64,000 nucleotides of DNA from Eledone cirrhosa (Eukaryota), in assembly GCA_964016885.1 (NCBI GenBank), contig OZ024741.1:107570001-107634000 (forward strand), in the 5' to 3' direction. Both the position numbers and the translations under genes were made by a program. This document shows positions 1 through 11,618 of this stretch, one piece after another. Below the pieces are notes generated by a model, which saw nothing but the letters and a program-made list of their open reading frames with translations, was not told the DNA's origin and did no database searches. Every line of letters begins with the position of its first letter. The stretch's first letter is position 1.

Positions 1-960
1 ACTAAGCTAAACTTTTAATGATATGATGGCACATGAGACTTAAAGAACATTTAGATGAGAACTCTATAACCCTTACTATGTACCCCCGCTACGTAGATGA
101 CATCAATATCGTAGTTATATCATCCCCACAGGTGAACAGCTAGGAATTAGAAAGGAACACCATGGAAAGTACCCAGCAAGTAGTTCAGTCTATCTAACAG
201 AATGTTACGTAGACCACCCAACCAAACATCCCAACCATAGACTACCCGTACTAGGCACAGAACTCAGGTTAGAAGCCCTTAGTAATAAAAAACAAATTCT
301 CCATTTATATTATGCCAAATCCATGGCCTCCAATTACCTGCTTCACCAAAACTCAGCCATTTCAGATAACATGAAAGTCAACATACTAATTTCAGACTTA
401 GTATGAGTATTCGTCAATGCAACCCTAGAGGCGAACTAGCATACATATTTGGAAGGGCCCTAGACAAACTTAAATTAAATATTAAGATAGAAGAAAAGCC
501 AAAGAACTAGTTAGTAGAACACACGCTTTTAAGAACATCCCTGCAGTGATAAAAATATATCGTCTGCAAATTAGGCCCCCAAATTAACTGTAAAACTAGC
601 AACGTATTATATAAGATGAAGGTAGGATAGTGTAGGAATAGGAACGCGAATTACATAGGAGAAATAGTGTGTAAAAGGAACACTATCGAGAACACCAAAA
701 GGAAAACAACCTCATCAGTACTCCATCAACATGCTATCAACATGCCAGAATGGAACATCTGAAGGAACAACGAGAAGGAAATCATGTCAACACAGGATAT
801 CAAGTCCACACATAGAACTGACGCAACACTCCAACGGATTACAGAAGCAACAATTAGTAACTAAGGGTACGATAAAAACATACAGACACACACAAAAACT
901 AAACTAATAAGGCAAACCAAACAAACACAAATAGAACAAGTAGTCAACAAGTAACAACTA
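1..960 (+). mobile_element. Degenerate Penelope-like retroelement fragment (RT C-terminal part + GIY-YIG remnant)
   Basis: tacccccgctacgtagatgacatcaatatc (~80-110) reads YPRYVDDINI, an RT YxDD motif. YIGE occurs at ~652 and SVLHQHA at ~715, resembling the GIY-YIG ORF at 19414-19704. Many stops and frameshifts. Confidence 0.7.
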
Positions 961-991
961 AATAATGTATAATAAAATAATAAATATATTA

Positions 992-1515
992 TCTATATAT
1001 ATAAAGCTGTGGTTGTCTGTCTGTCTATCGATTTTTAGCACACATCTCTTAGAATCTCTGACGGAATTGCACCGAAATTGCTATACTTGTACATTGAGCC
1101 CTAGCGAAGACATCGGAAAAAACATATTTCAAATTGACCCACCCTATGTGACGAAATCGAATCTAATGTATCGATTTTTGAGCGTAAGTGACGAGTTATT
1201 TCCCTTTGTTCTGTTTAGATTGAGCGCCTTACGTTGTTTTTCTCTGCGTTGCAGTGTTTACATTTTCGATCTTTGTTAATAAATAACCAGTGCAGTTTTT
1301 ATCCCCAGCATCCTCTTTTGTTATAACATTCGGGTTATCGTTATGTTTTCTTAACTTCATAAGGCATATTGTTGGTTGAGGGAATATTAATCAAAAACAC
1401 CACATGCAAGTCTGCACAGTAGACACTACAGTTTTTAAGCCAAAAAAGAAACTTAACATTGTAACTTTAACACAGCTACTGAGCGACCCCGAGCAACGCC
1501 GGGCTTTACTGCTAG
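992..1515 (+). mobile_element. Non-autonomous Helitron
   Basis: 5' TC(TATATATATAAAG), subterminal GC-rich hairpin cccgagcaacgccggg, 3' CTAG. Inserted between A and T with no TSD. Confidence 0.7.
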
Positions 1516-1566
1516 TAATAGATAAATAAATGAAGACACACACAAATACATATATATATGCACACA

Positions 1567-1633
<67 letters not shown>

Positions 1634-1841
1634 GTGCAGAGGCTATGTTTAATTTGTTGGGATTCAACAAGCTTAAACATTTTTTTATAACTGATATAAA
1701 GCACTCAACAATTTAGTGGAGTAAATATACAATATATTAACAAATGGAAACTATATTTATAAAACCATATTTATTCTATTATACATATTTCAAGGGCCAC
1801 CAAGGCAAATTATGGTGCGCTTTCATAAGATTAAATATAAG

Positions 1842-1953
1842 TTTTTTTTCCTACGTTAGGCACAAGGCCAGCAATTAACCAGTGTATTACTGGTACTTTA
1901 TTTTATCGACCCTGTAAGGATGAAAGGCAAAGTTAACCTCGGCGGGATTTGAA
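1842..1953 (-). mobile_element. 5'-truncated tRNA-derived SINE
   Basis: Reverse complement begins with B-box gttcaaatccc and matches the SINE at 13006-13200 (gccgaggttaactttgcctttcatcc...gtcgataaaataaagtaccagtaatacactgg). Confidence 0.8.
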
Positions 1954-2066
1954 CAGATTAGTTTTATAAATAAATATTGACATACCATATCCAGGAAGCT
2001 CCAATCGTTAAGGTTGTCTTTTTTTCAGGTTATGTCAATATTTATTTATAAAACTAATCTGTATTA

Positions 2067-2132
2067 TATTTTATCTGATGAAAGCGCACCATAATTTGCC
2101 TTGGTGGCCCTTGAAATATGTATAATAGAATA
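2067..2132 (+). ncRNA. Type I hammerhead ribozyme
   Basis: Helix I tattttat/atagaata, core CTGATGA (2075), helix II aag-cgcacca...tggtggcc-ctt, GAAA (2113), near-palindromic helix III ATATGTAT, AUA cleavage triplet. Confidence 0.75.
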
Positions 2133-2170
2133 AATATGGTTTTATAAATATAGTTTCCATTTGTTAATAT

Positions 2171-2293
<123 letters not shown>

Positions 2294-2384
2294 CTATATA
2301 AACAAAGAGATATTTAATTTGTTGGTTATTCCACAAATTTATTTATAACAGATTCTAAGCACTTTTCAGATTTTCTGGAGTATA

Positions 2385-2549
2385 ATATCAATGATATTAA
2401 TAAATGGAAACAATACTTATAAAACCATATTTATTTTATTATATATATTTCAAGGGTACCAAAAGTGTCTCAAAATGTTGGTACACTTGAAATCTATATA
2501 ATAAAATAAAGATGGTTTTATAAATATTGTTTCCATTTATTTATATCAT

Positions 2550-2555
<6 letters not shown>
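2385..2555. repeat. Fold-back palindrome of the same family as 1730-2175, centred on HHR helix II
   Basis: Arms ...tatttcaagggtaccaa / ttggtacacttgaaat... with a loop at ~2463-2477. Confidence 0.7.
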
Positions 2556-2594
<39 letters not shown>

Positions 2595-2685
2595 AAAGGT
2601 AAACAGAAATAACAACACAATCGGTACAGTATATAGAAGGGATATATTAGGTTAACGCTTGATATAGCAGGAAGAGGGTCTTGAC

Positions 2686-2821
<136 letters not shown>

Positions 2822-2885
2822 CATCCCGGGTTCAATCGGGGACCATCAGAAAATGTATATATAGCTCTATATTACATTGACAGTC

Positions 2886-2936
2886 GGCTTCCTGATGATT
2901 TCTCCCGAATGAAAGAGTTCTAGTCCTGTAGAAGCC
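2886..2936 (+). ncRNA. Type I hammerhead ribozyme (helix III mismatch)
   Basis: ggcttc CTGATGA tttctcccgaat GAAA gag ttctagtc ct GTA gaagcc. Helix I is ggcttc/gaagcc. Same family as 16730-16780. Confidence 0.7.
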
Positions 2937-2958
2937 ATTTCTGTATTAAATATATATA

Positions 2959-4279
2959 CAGGGTGCGGACGATATTTGTTCGCAAGATTACTGTCTAGGA
3001 AAAGGTAACACAGTAGTTTTTTTTTTTAAGATATATTTTTTAAGATATATATTTTTAAGATATATTTATCAAACTTGGGTCAGTTTGTCTTCATGACTTG
3101 TTCTTTCGATCTCACTCGATAAACCCACCATTGGCTTTGATGACGGCCTCAAGGTGGCCTCGGAACCGACTACAGAGCTTCGTCACTGTCCCCCGACTTA
3201 AAGGCACCTGTGATCCTGGCTTTCAGATCGTCTTTCGTATTGCAGCTAGATCGGTTTGTCTCGTTCCACTGCGCCCAACACAAAGATGTCGAGGGAGTTG
3301 CAGTCAGGCGAGCTGGGAGGCCAGATGTCAGGTGAAGTGTGGTCGACGAAGTTCTCTGACAGCCAAACTTGGGTCTTTCAGCTGGTATGGCAGGGCGCTA
3401 AGTCTTGCTGCCACACGTACGGCCTACCTGCAGCTACCTGGTCGATCCAGGGCTTTACTATCTCGCTCAGAACGCGGATGTAGCCATCGGTGTTCAGCTT
3501 GAAGCCCTCAAGGAAGAAGTGAGGTGGCATGACGTCACCTTGACTGCTGACGACACCCAAGACCAATGTTGTTGCTGGAAACTTTGTTTGCATGACTCTG
3601 GGCACGTCTTTGGATGAGACAGCGAGCCACCTGTTGTTATGGGAGTTGATCTTCTGGTCTTGGCAGAATTTTTTCTCGTCGGAGAAAACCCACATCATCT
3701 CTGGCTCCAGTGGGTGTTTCAACTTATTGATCAGCTTCTTTGCGTGCCTCAGTCGCTTTTCTTGCATCGCCTTTAACAGAAATTGTCCTTTCCTCATCTT
3801 GTATGAAATGTAGCGAATGTCTTCATGTACCACCAGCCTAATGAGCGTTTCATCCACGCCTTTCTCCCTTGTAATGGCACGCATCGGCTTGCTAGGTTCA
3901 TTGTTGATGATATCCTGAACTTCAGCGACGAACTCAGGCGTTTTAAAGGGCTCAGATCGCCGATCATGTGTTTTCCTCTCAGATGTTGCTTCGTAGTCGA
4001 ACCCTGAATCTTCCAATTCCTTTCTGACCTTTTCCACCATTCTCCTGCAGACGCTGAGAAAGTCTGAAATTTCCTTATTTGTCCTTCGGCGCGGATTCCA
4101 AGAAGAACTCCGTGTCTCTTCCACAAATTTGGAGGTTCAAAATTATTCATAATAAATTATTCTGAAAATAAATAATAAAAATATAGTCACTGTTTTTATG
4201 AAGACAAGAGTGACAACGGAAGTAAAAAAAATTGCATAAAATAAGCAGTTGAAAGCGAACAAATATCGTCCACACCCTG
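2959..4279 (-). mobile_element. Tc1/mariner superfamily DNA transposon, DD37D (maT-type), full length
   Basis: TIRs CAGGGTGCGGACGATATTTGTTCGC / GCGAACAAATATCGTCCACACCCTG with TA on both sides. Encodes a transposase. Confidence 0.92.
3240..4124 (-). pseudogene. DD37D transposase with premature stop
   Basis: FSDEKKF, WQQDLAPCHTS*, then in-frame KTQVWLSENFVDHTSPDIWPPSSPDCNSLD. There are 37 residues between the 2nd and 3rd D. The stop is TGA, probably from CGA. The C-terminal boundary is approximate. Confidence 0.88.
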
Positions 4280-4423
4280 TATATATATATATATATATGA
4301 AGACAAACATAGAATATTCGAAAATATTCTGTATGTTTATAATAAACATTTCGAAGACCCAATCGCTATAGAATAGAATACGTCACGTATTACAATTTGA
4401 GATTCACGATAAAAGCAAGGGAA

Positions 4424-4466
4424 GTAACCTACGCGTTTCATTCTTATTAGAAATCATCCGGATTAC
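4424..4466 (-). ncRNA. Minimal type I hammerhead, core mutated (CGGAUGA)
   Basis: Copy of 4736-4778 with one core substitution. Confidence 0.6.
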
Positions 4467-4735
4467 ATTTCCAGTGCTTTTATCGAGAATGACACAGCTA
4501 GAGACTTATAGAATACTTAGCTGTGTACAGGAACTGGTTTGAAAGAGCGGTTGCCGGTCCGGCAGAAATTAGAATTTGGATATAATGCTCTGAAATAGCG
4601 ATATATATGTGAAGACAAACATAGAATATTCGAAAATATTCTGTATGTTTATAATAAACATTTCGAAGACCCAATCGCTATAGAATAGAATACGTCACGT
4701 ATTACAATTTGAGATTCTCGATAAAAGCAAGGGAA

Positions 4736-4778
4736 GTAACCTACGCGTTTCATTCTTATTAGAAATCATCAGGATTAC
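4736..4778 (-). ncRNA. Minimal type I hammerhead ribozyme
   Basis: Reverse complement: gtaatc CTGATGA tttctaataagaat GAAAC gc GTA ggttac. Confidence 0.85.
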
Positions 4779-5108
4779 ATATCCAGTGCTTTTATCGAGA
4801 ATGACACAGCTAGAGACTTATAGAATACTTAGCTGTGTACAGGAACTGGTTTGAAAGAGCGGTTGCCGGTCCGGCAGAAATTAGAATTTGGATATAATGC
4901 TCTGAAATAGCGATATATATGTGAAGACAAACATAATATTTTCGAATATTCTATGTTTGTCTTCACATATATATCGCTATTTCAGAGCATTATATCCAAA
5001 TTCTAATTTCTGCCGGACCGGCAACCGCTCTTTCAAACCAGTTCCTGTACACAGCTAAGTATTCTATAAGTCTCTAGCTGTGTCATTCTCGATAAAAGCA
5101 CTGGATAT

Positions 5109-5151
5109 GTAATCCTGATGATTTCTAATAAGAATGAAACGCGTAGGTTAC
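5109..5151 (+). ncRNA. Minimal type I hammerhead ribozyme
   Basis: gtaatc CTGATGA tttct-aata-agaat GAAAC GC GTA ggttac. Palindromic helix III ACGCGT as in dimer-acting Penelope HHRs. Confidence 0.85.
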
Positions 5152-5308
5152 TTCCCTTGCTTTTATCGAGAATCTCAAATTGTAATACGTGACGTATTCT
5201 ATTCTATAGCGATTAGGTCTTCGAAATGTTTATTATAAACATACAGAATATTTTCGAATATTCTATGTTTGTCTTCACATATATATCGCTATTTCAGAGC
5301 ATTATATC

Positions 5309-5361
<53 letters not shown>

Positions 5362-6364
5362 CTATATATCGTTTGAGAAACAAACACACATGTATATATT
5401 TATATGTAACAAGAAACGAAACTTGACAGATAGAATTGATTCAGTCACGGTTGTTTTCTCGCTCAATAATTATTTACGTTTGTATTATTAAAATACAGAT
5501 CCACCAACTTTAATGGACACATGCATTCAACAGTGAGGAAAACGACTACCTCTGAGCAGGGTATTGAAATTTCTAGTTTCCCGGATTGATGCATCAGGTT
5601 CTACGATTCCGATTTGCCAACGGTAGTTCAACTGGGACCACCATTCCCAGAAATGATGTTATGAGACATTACGTAATTCGGTTAGGAATTAATTAACAGG
5701 ATTTAGTCTCCGTGGAAGGGAAAGATCCGTTTAGCTAGCTGGTACACCGTGCTGACAGACATCACCGAGTGTTGTAGTCAACCTAGACCTTCAATGACAC
5801 GGGATTTCACACCAAAGAGGAGGTAAGCGAGACCTGACCATTTTCAGAGAACATGATGTTGATTCAAAACTGGAAAAAGGAACAAGCATGAAGTACCAAA
5901 GTCCCTCATTAGAGAAACAAAAATTGGGTTGCAAATAATAAATAAATATATCGAACTTGATTAAACAAATTAAATCGCTCGGGAGTGTCAATAACTAGGA
6001 AACTCAGCTTGTCTGAATGTGAATTGTAATTATGAAAAAAAAGCGCCCCCGATGTGCAACAATAGAGGCACTTAATATTATTTAAAATAGATGACAATTA
6101 AACATATATTTTCGCCGGTATTCAGCGTTTTATGATTGTATCCGATTAATAGTAACTGAATAATCTCTTATGTACCAGCAATTTTCAGCCGTTTTAAGAA
6201 TATCAAAAGATAAATGTTGAAGATTTATGTGTGCACGCGAGATTGATCTGCTACGATTAATCCAATGCCATTATGAAATAACGACTGAAACTTATGCTTA
6301 GTTGATATTAGTTGGTATGTGTTTTAAGAAATAATAACATCAACAACAATAATAATAATAATAA

Positions 6365-7445
6365 TAATAGACCTGATATAATACTGAAGGACTTTAAAAA
6401 GAGGGTATGCCTGCTAATTGATATGTCCGTTCTAATAGACAAGAACGTATCTATAAAAACACAGAAAAACACAGAAAAAGCAAAGCAGGTAAAAGTAACT
6501 GCAAAGAAAGAACTGCTACAGAAACTGGCTAATAAATGGCAAGAAAAGCCTCTGTATGGAAAATACCCAGAAAGAGCTAACAATCCTGATGTTGACAAAA
6601 CTTTAACCCATCAGTGGTAGGCATCCTCTGGACTGAAATCGGAGACTGAAGGACTGATTATATCAGCAGAAGGTCAGTGTCTGCCAACAAAAAATTACCA
6701 AGCCAACATAATAAAAAATGGATGCAGCCCATTATGCTGTGTATGTAAAAAACAACCAGAGACCATTGATCATATAATTTCAATGTGCAGTCCTATAGCT
6801 CCAACCGAATACCTAAACAGGCATGACAGAGCTGCACAATACATACATTGGATAATGTGTAAGCATTTTGACCTGCCCCATCAAAAGAATTGGTGGGAGC
6901 ATCAACCACCTCCCATACTTGAAAAAGATCACATCTCAATCTTGTGGAACTTTAGCATCCAAACAGACCGAAAAATAGATACAAATAGACCTGATATAAT
7001 ACTGAAGGACTTTAAAAAGAGGGTATGCCTGCTAATTGATATGTCCGTTCCAATAGACAAGAATGTATCTATAAAAACATTTGAAAAATTGAGCAAGTAT
7101 AAGGACCTGGAGATAGAAATTGGAAAAATATGGAAATTGATAACTAAAACAATACCAGTGGTTGTAGGCGTTCTAGGAATGATACCTAAGGGGTCTAATG
7201 ATTACTTATCGCAAATCCCAGGAAACCCGCGTATAGGAGAAATACAAAAGATAGTACTAATGGGAACTGCCCATATACTAAGGAGGATTCTGTCAATATA
7301 AGTACATCACAAGTCTAAAGACCTAAAGATGCATGTGTGTGTATGTATGTTCTTTCTTGAACATGGCGGACCTTGTTGTCTCTTGGGGTCACTGGTTGTG
7401 ACTTGGTGATACCTCGTATGAACATAAAGCAAGATAAATGCAGCT

Positions 7446-7446
<1 letters not shown>
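6365..7446 (+). mobile_element. 5'-truncated R4/Dong-type LINE 3' fragment in (TAA)n
   Basis: Near-identical to 9084-10060 (zinc knuckle, RLE RPDIILKD...IDMS, 3' UTR). In-frame stop at 6618. (TAA)n on both sides. Confidence 0.9.

Positions 7447-7515
<69 letters not shown>
7447..7515. repeat. (TAA)n microsatellite, LINE target site
   Basis: Pure TAA run between two LINE copies. Confidence 0.95.
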
Positions 7516-7516
<1 letters not shown>

Positions 7517-10060
7517 TACAAAAGATCTGGGCCGAAGAAAAAGTTCATAACATACATGCCCCATGGATAGACAGACAAATGAAAGAAACAGCTCACCTTG
7601 AAGAACAAACATGGGAAAATATAACAGTTGAACAGCTGCGCTTGGCTCTAAGAAAAACCAGCAAATGGAAATCCCCAGGAAAAGACAAAATACAAAACTT
7701 TTGGATAAATGCCTTCACAGAGTCTCATGAGCTGTTAGCCCAACTTTACAATGAAATAGTTAAGGAGCCAGAAAAGATACCATCATGGCTAGTTAACGGC
7801 AATACATTCCTGCTACCGAAGAATGATGAGACAAACAATCCCAAAAATTACAGACCGATAACCTGCTTGACCACAATGTATAAAATTTTAACATCAGTCC
7901 TAACTGAATACACATATGACCACCTGATAACAAATGACCTATTTCCCATTGAGCAGAAAGGGTGTAAACGAGGCTCATATGGCTGTAAGGATCAGCTTCT
8001 GGTTAACAAAATGATACTGGAAGATTGTCATAATAGACACAAAAATCTATCGATTGCTTGGATAGATTATAAAAAAGCATTTGATAGTTTGCCACACAGT
8101 TGGATTGAAAAATGTTTAGAGATTTTCAAAATATCCCCCGTTGTCAGGAGGTTTTTGTCATTCAGTATGAGGAAATGGAGAACGACACTCCTTCTGAATA
8201 GTGAAACAAAATCACTGGAAGCTGGAGAAGTTAACATTAATTGTGTAATTTTTCAGGGTGACTCTTTATCACCGCTTTTATTCTGCATCGCACTTATACC
8301 ATTAAGTAAAATGCTCAATGAAACAAAACATGGATATAGAGTCTATGACAAAACCATTAATCACCTGTTCTACATGGATGACCTGAAACTATTTGCAAAA
8401 AATGATGAACAATTGCAAGGGCTATTATCCACTGTGAAGCAGTTCAGTGATGACATTAAAATGGAGTTTGGACTGGATAAATGCGCCAAAGCAACGTTCA
8501 CCAGAGGAAAGCTGCTGAAGAGTTCAGACATTAATCTTGATCGGGGGAACGTGATAAGAGAGCTTGATCAAGAACAAACTTACAAATATCTAGGTGTTTG
8601 TGAAGGAGACGGAATCAAGCACTCGACAATGAGGGAAAGGATAAGGAAGGAATGTTACCGCAGAGTCAGAGCAATCTTAAGAACGGAATTTAATGCAAGG
8701 AATAGGATCGATGCCATAAACATGCTTGCCATACCAGTAGTAATCTACAGTTACAATGTCATCAACTGGTCAAGCACAGAGATCCGTAGGCTCGATACAA
8801 AAATCCGAAAATTCTTATCCATGCACAGAATGCATCACCCTAAGGCAGACATAGATAGAATATATCTCCCTAGGAAAGAAGGAGGACGTGGGTTAATCCA
8901 GTTAGACATTGCGTTGAAAACTGCAACAATTGGATTATCCACATATCTAAGGGAATCACATGATTGGATGATCAAACTCGTTTTGAAACACGAAAGCACC
9001 AAAAGATCATATTCCATTACAAAAGATGCACAAAGATACAGTAATGGACTACAAATTTCAGAAGTCCCATTTACTGCTGAAATGGAAAACACAGAAAAAG
9101 CAAAGCAGGTAAAAGTAACTGCAAAGAAAGAACTGCTACAGAAACTGGCTAAGAAATGGCAAGAAAAGCCTCTGTATGGAAAATACCCAGAGCGAGCTAA
9201 CAATCCTGATGTTGACAAAACTTTAACCCATCAGTGGTTGGCATCCTCTGGACTGAAATCGGAGACTGACGGACTGATTATATCCGCACAAGATCAGTGT
9301 CTGCCAACAAAAAATTACCAAGCCAACATAATAAAAAATGGGTGCAGCCCATTATGCCGTGTATGCAAAAAACAACCAGAGACCATTGACCATATAATTT
9401 CAATGTGCAGTCCTATAGCTCCAACCGAATACCTAAACAGGCATGACAGAGCTGCACAATACATACATTGGATAATGTGTAAGCATTTTGACCTGCCCCA
9501 TCAAAAGAATTGGTGGGAGCATCAACCACCTCCCATACTTGAAAAAGATCACATCTCAATCTTGTGGAACTTTAGCATCCAAACAGACCGAAAAATAGAT
9601 GCAAATAGACCTGATATAATATTGAAGGACTTTCAAAGGAGGGTATGCCTGCTAATTGATATGTCTGTTTCAATAGACAAGAATGTATCTATAAAAACAT
9701 TTGAAAAATTGAGCAAGTATAAGGACCTGGAGATAGAAATTGGAAAAATGTGGAAATTGAGAACTAAAACAATACCAGTGGTTGTAGGCGCTCTGGGAAT
9801 GATACCTAAGGGGTCTAACGACTACTTATCGCAAATCCCAGGAAACCCGCGTATAGGAGAAATACAAAAGATAGTACTAATGGGAACTGCCCATATACTA
9901 AGGAAGATCCTGTCAATATAAGTACATCACAAGTCTAAACACTAAGGATGCATGTGTGAATATGTGTGTTCTTTCTTGAACATGGCGGACCTTGTTGTCT
10001 CTTGAGGTCACTGGTTGTGACTTGGTGATAACTCGTATAAACATAAAGCAAGATAAATGC
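7516..10060 (+). mobile_element. R4-clade (Dong-like) non-LTR retrotransposon, 5'-truncated
   Basis: Open frame from the (TAA)n junction, ~140-bp 3' UTR, then (TAA)n. Confidence 0.92.
7579..9921 (+). CDS. Reverse transcriptase - CCHC zinc knuckle - restriction-like endonuclease (5'-truncated ORF)
   Basis: KSPGKD, NYRPITCL, WIDYKKAFDS, FQGDSLSP, FYMDDLKL, YKYLG, CRVC..ETIDHII.MC, RHD, RPDII...D...K..KY. The frame is already open from 7516 (QKIWAEEKVHNIHAPWIDRQ), so this ATG is internal. Confidence 0.93.
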   Translation: MKETAHLEEQTWENITVEQLRLALRKTSKWKSPGKDKIQNFWINAFTESHELLAQLYNEIVKEPEKIPSWLVNGNTFLLPKNDETNNPKNYRPITCLTTMYKILTSVLTEYTYDHLITNDLFPIEQKGCKRGSYGCKDQLLVNKMILEDCHNRHKNLSIAWIDYKKAFDSLPHSWIEKCLEIFKISPVVRRFLSFSMRKWRTTLLLNSETKSLEAGEVNINCVIFQGDSLSPLLFCIALIPLSKMLNETKHGYRVYDKTINHLFYMDDLKLFAKNDEQLQGLLSTVKQFSDDIKMEFGLDKCAKATFTRGKLLKSSDINLDRGNVIRELDQEQTYKYLGVCEGDGIKHSTMRERIRKECYRRVRAILRTEFNARNRIDAINMLAIPVVIYSYNVINWSSTEIRRLDTKIRKFLSMHRMHHPKADIDRIYLPRKEGGRGLIQLDIALKTATIGLSTYLRESHDWMIKLVLKHESTKRSYSITKDAQRYSNGLQISEVPFTAEMENTEKAKQVKVTAKKELLQKLAKKWQEKPLYGKYPERANNPDVDKTLTHQWLASSGLKSETDGLIISAQDQCLPTKNYQANIIKNGCSPLCRVCKKQPETIDHIISMCSPIAPTEYLNRHDRAAQYIHWIMCKHFDLPHQKNWWEHQPPPILEKDHISILWNFSIQTDRKIDANRPDIILKDFQRRVCLLIDMSVSIDKNVSIKTFEKLSKYKDLEIEIGKMWKLRTKTIPVVVGALGMIPKGSNDYLSQIPGNPRIGEIQKIVLMGTAHILRKILSI

Positions 10061-10090
10061 AAATAATAATAATAATAACAATAATAATAG

Positions 10091-11195
10091 AGATGGCTTG
10101 CAGAATTTCTGGCTGAAATATCTCAATGTGCTCCATGAAGTATTGGCTGCTGAATACTCCAGGATTGTAGCAAACCGAAGAGAGGTCTCAAAGTGGGTGA
10201 CAACGGGGGTAATGCATCTTCTACCGAGTTATGGGTGCAAAGATCAGTTAGTCATAACGAAAAACTGCAAAGAGATAAAGAAAAACCTGTCAATGGCCTG
10301 GATAGACTACAAGAAGGCATTCGACAGCGTACCTCATTCATGGATCATGAAGCCACTTGAAATGTATCACATAGCACCTGAGATAACAAACTTCCTCAAG
10401 TAAATGATGAGAGACTGGAAAACTGCGATGGACCTTCAACACCACAACGGAACACCGGAATCTAGACAGATCAAGTTTAATCGTGGAATATTCCAAGGTG
10501 ACTCATTGTCCCCTTTGCTGTTCTGTATATCACTTGCTCCGCTAAGTCAGTTACTACTACGGAGGACAGGCTATGGATATAAAATAGACAACAGCCACTA
10601 CAGTCACCTTCTTTATTTAGATATCAAGCTATTTTGAAACAATGATGGGCAGCTGGACACAGCGAAATAATTCAGTGATGACATCCATATGGAATTTGGA
10701 CTGGACAAATGTGCAAAAGCTACATTCAAGAGAGGGGTGCTCTCTAACCATAGACCAACAAACCACCACAAAGGAACTTAACAATGAAGAGTTCTAGAAA
10801 TCGTTGCCAACAGACCAGATATCATCAAACACAAAACAGATGGGACATGTAGCCTTATAGATATTTCCGTACCAGCTGGCAAGAATATATCTATAAAAAC
10901 AATGGAAAAACAGTCAAAATACAAAAGACCTGGAAATAGAGATCAACCGCATATGAAGGATGACCACAAACATTATCCCTGTGGTAATAGGAGCATTAGG
11001 ATTAATACCCAAATCATCAGACCTGCAAGATCAGCAAATATGAGCTACAGAAGATCGGGCGACTCGGAACAGTACACATTCTCAGACGAATTCTCTCTCT
11101 ACAATGAAAACATCTATTGTCCTAGGCTCAAGGCGTGAACCCGGCAATAGATGAACAGAACTGAGCTAAACGAAATAACACAATAATAATAATAA
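10091..11195 (+). mobile_element. Second, older R4/Dong-like LINE, internally deleted
   Basis: WIDYKKAFDSVPHSW, GIFQGDSLSPLLF, FGLDKCAK and NRPDII remnants with stops. Begins and ends at TAA runs. Confidence 0.85.
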
Positions 11196-11209
11196 TATAT
11201 ATATCCACA

Positions 11210-11452
11210 GTTGATCCCAGATCTTGTTCGCTTAACGAGTGGGGTGGATCTCGTCAAATCGGACCGACGAAGCAATGTTACCATTGGTCTTTCCAATAGA
11301 TAATACTATCTATCGGTCTCAAATGCAGGTAGAAGGAGCAACGTAAAATAAAGTGTCTTGCTCAAGGACATAACCCATCTCTCGCTCCGGGAATCGAACT
11401 CACAACCTCACAATTACTAATCCAATTCTCTAACCACTCAGCCACGGGCCTT
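11210..11452 (-). mobile_element. tRNA-derived SINE
   Basis: Reverse complement has A-box tggctgagtgg, B-box gttcgattcc, then tgtccttgagcaagacactt. Confidence 0.7.
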
Positions 11453-11463
11453 CACAATATATA

Positions 11464-11545
11464 TCTATATATATAAAACTGTTGTTGTCTGTGTATGTGT
11501 GTGGAAGGATGTATGTATCTATGTATGTATGTATGTATGTATGTA

Positions 11546-11618
<73 letters not shown>

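Larger units (their letters stand above)
4297..5312. mobile_element. Retrozyme-like element: two tandem 312-bp units followed by an inverted ~1.2 unit, in (TA)n
   Basis: gaagacaaac recurs at 4299, 4611 and 4923. The sequence from ~4935 is the reverse complement. One HHR per unit, no meaningful ORF. Confidence 0.8.
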
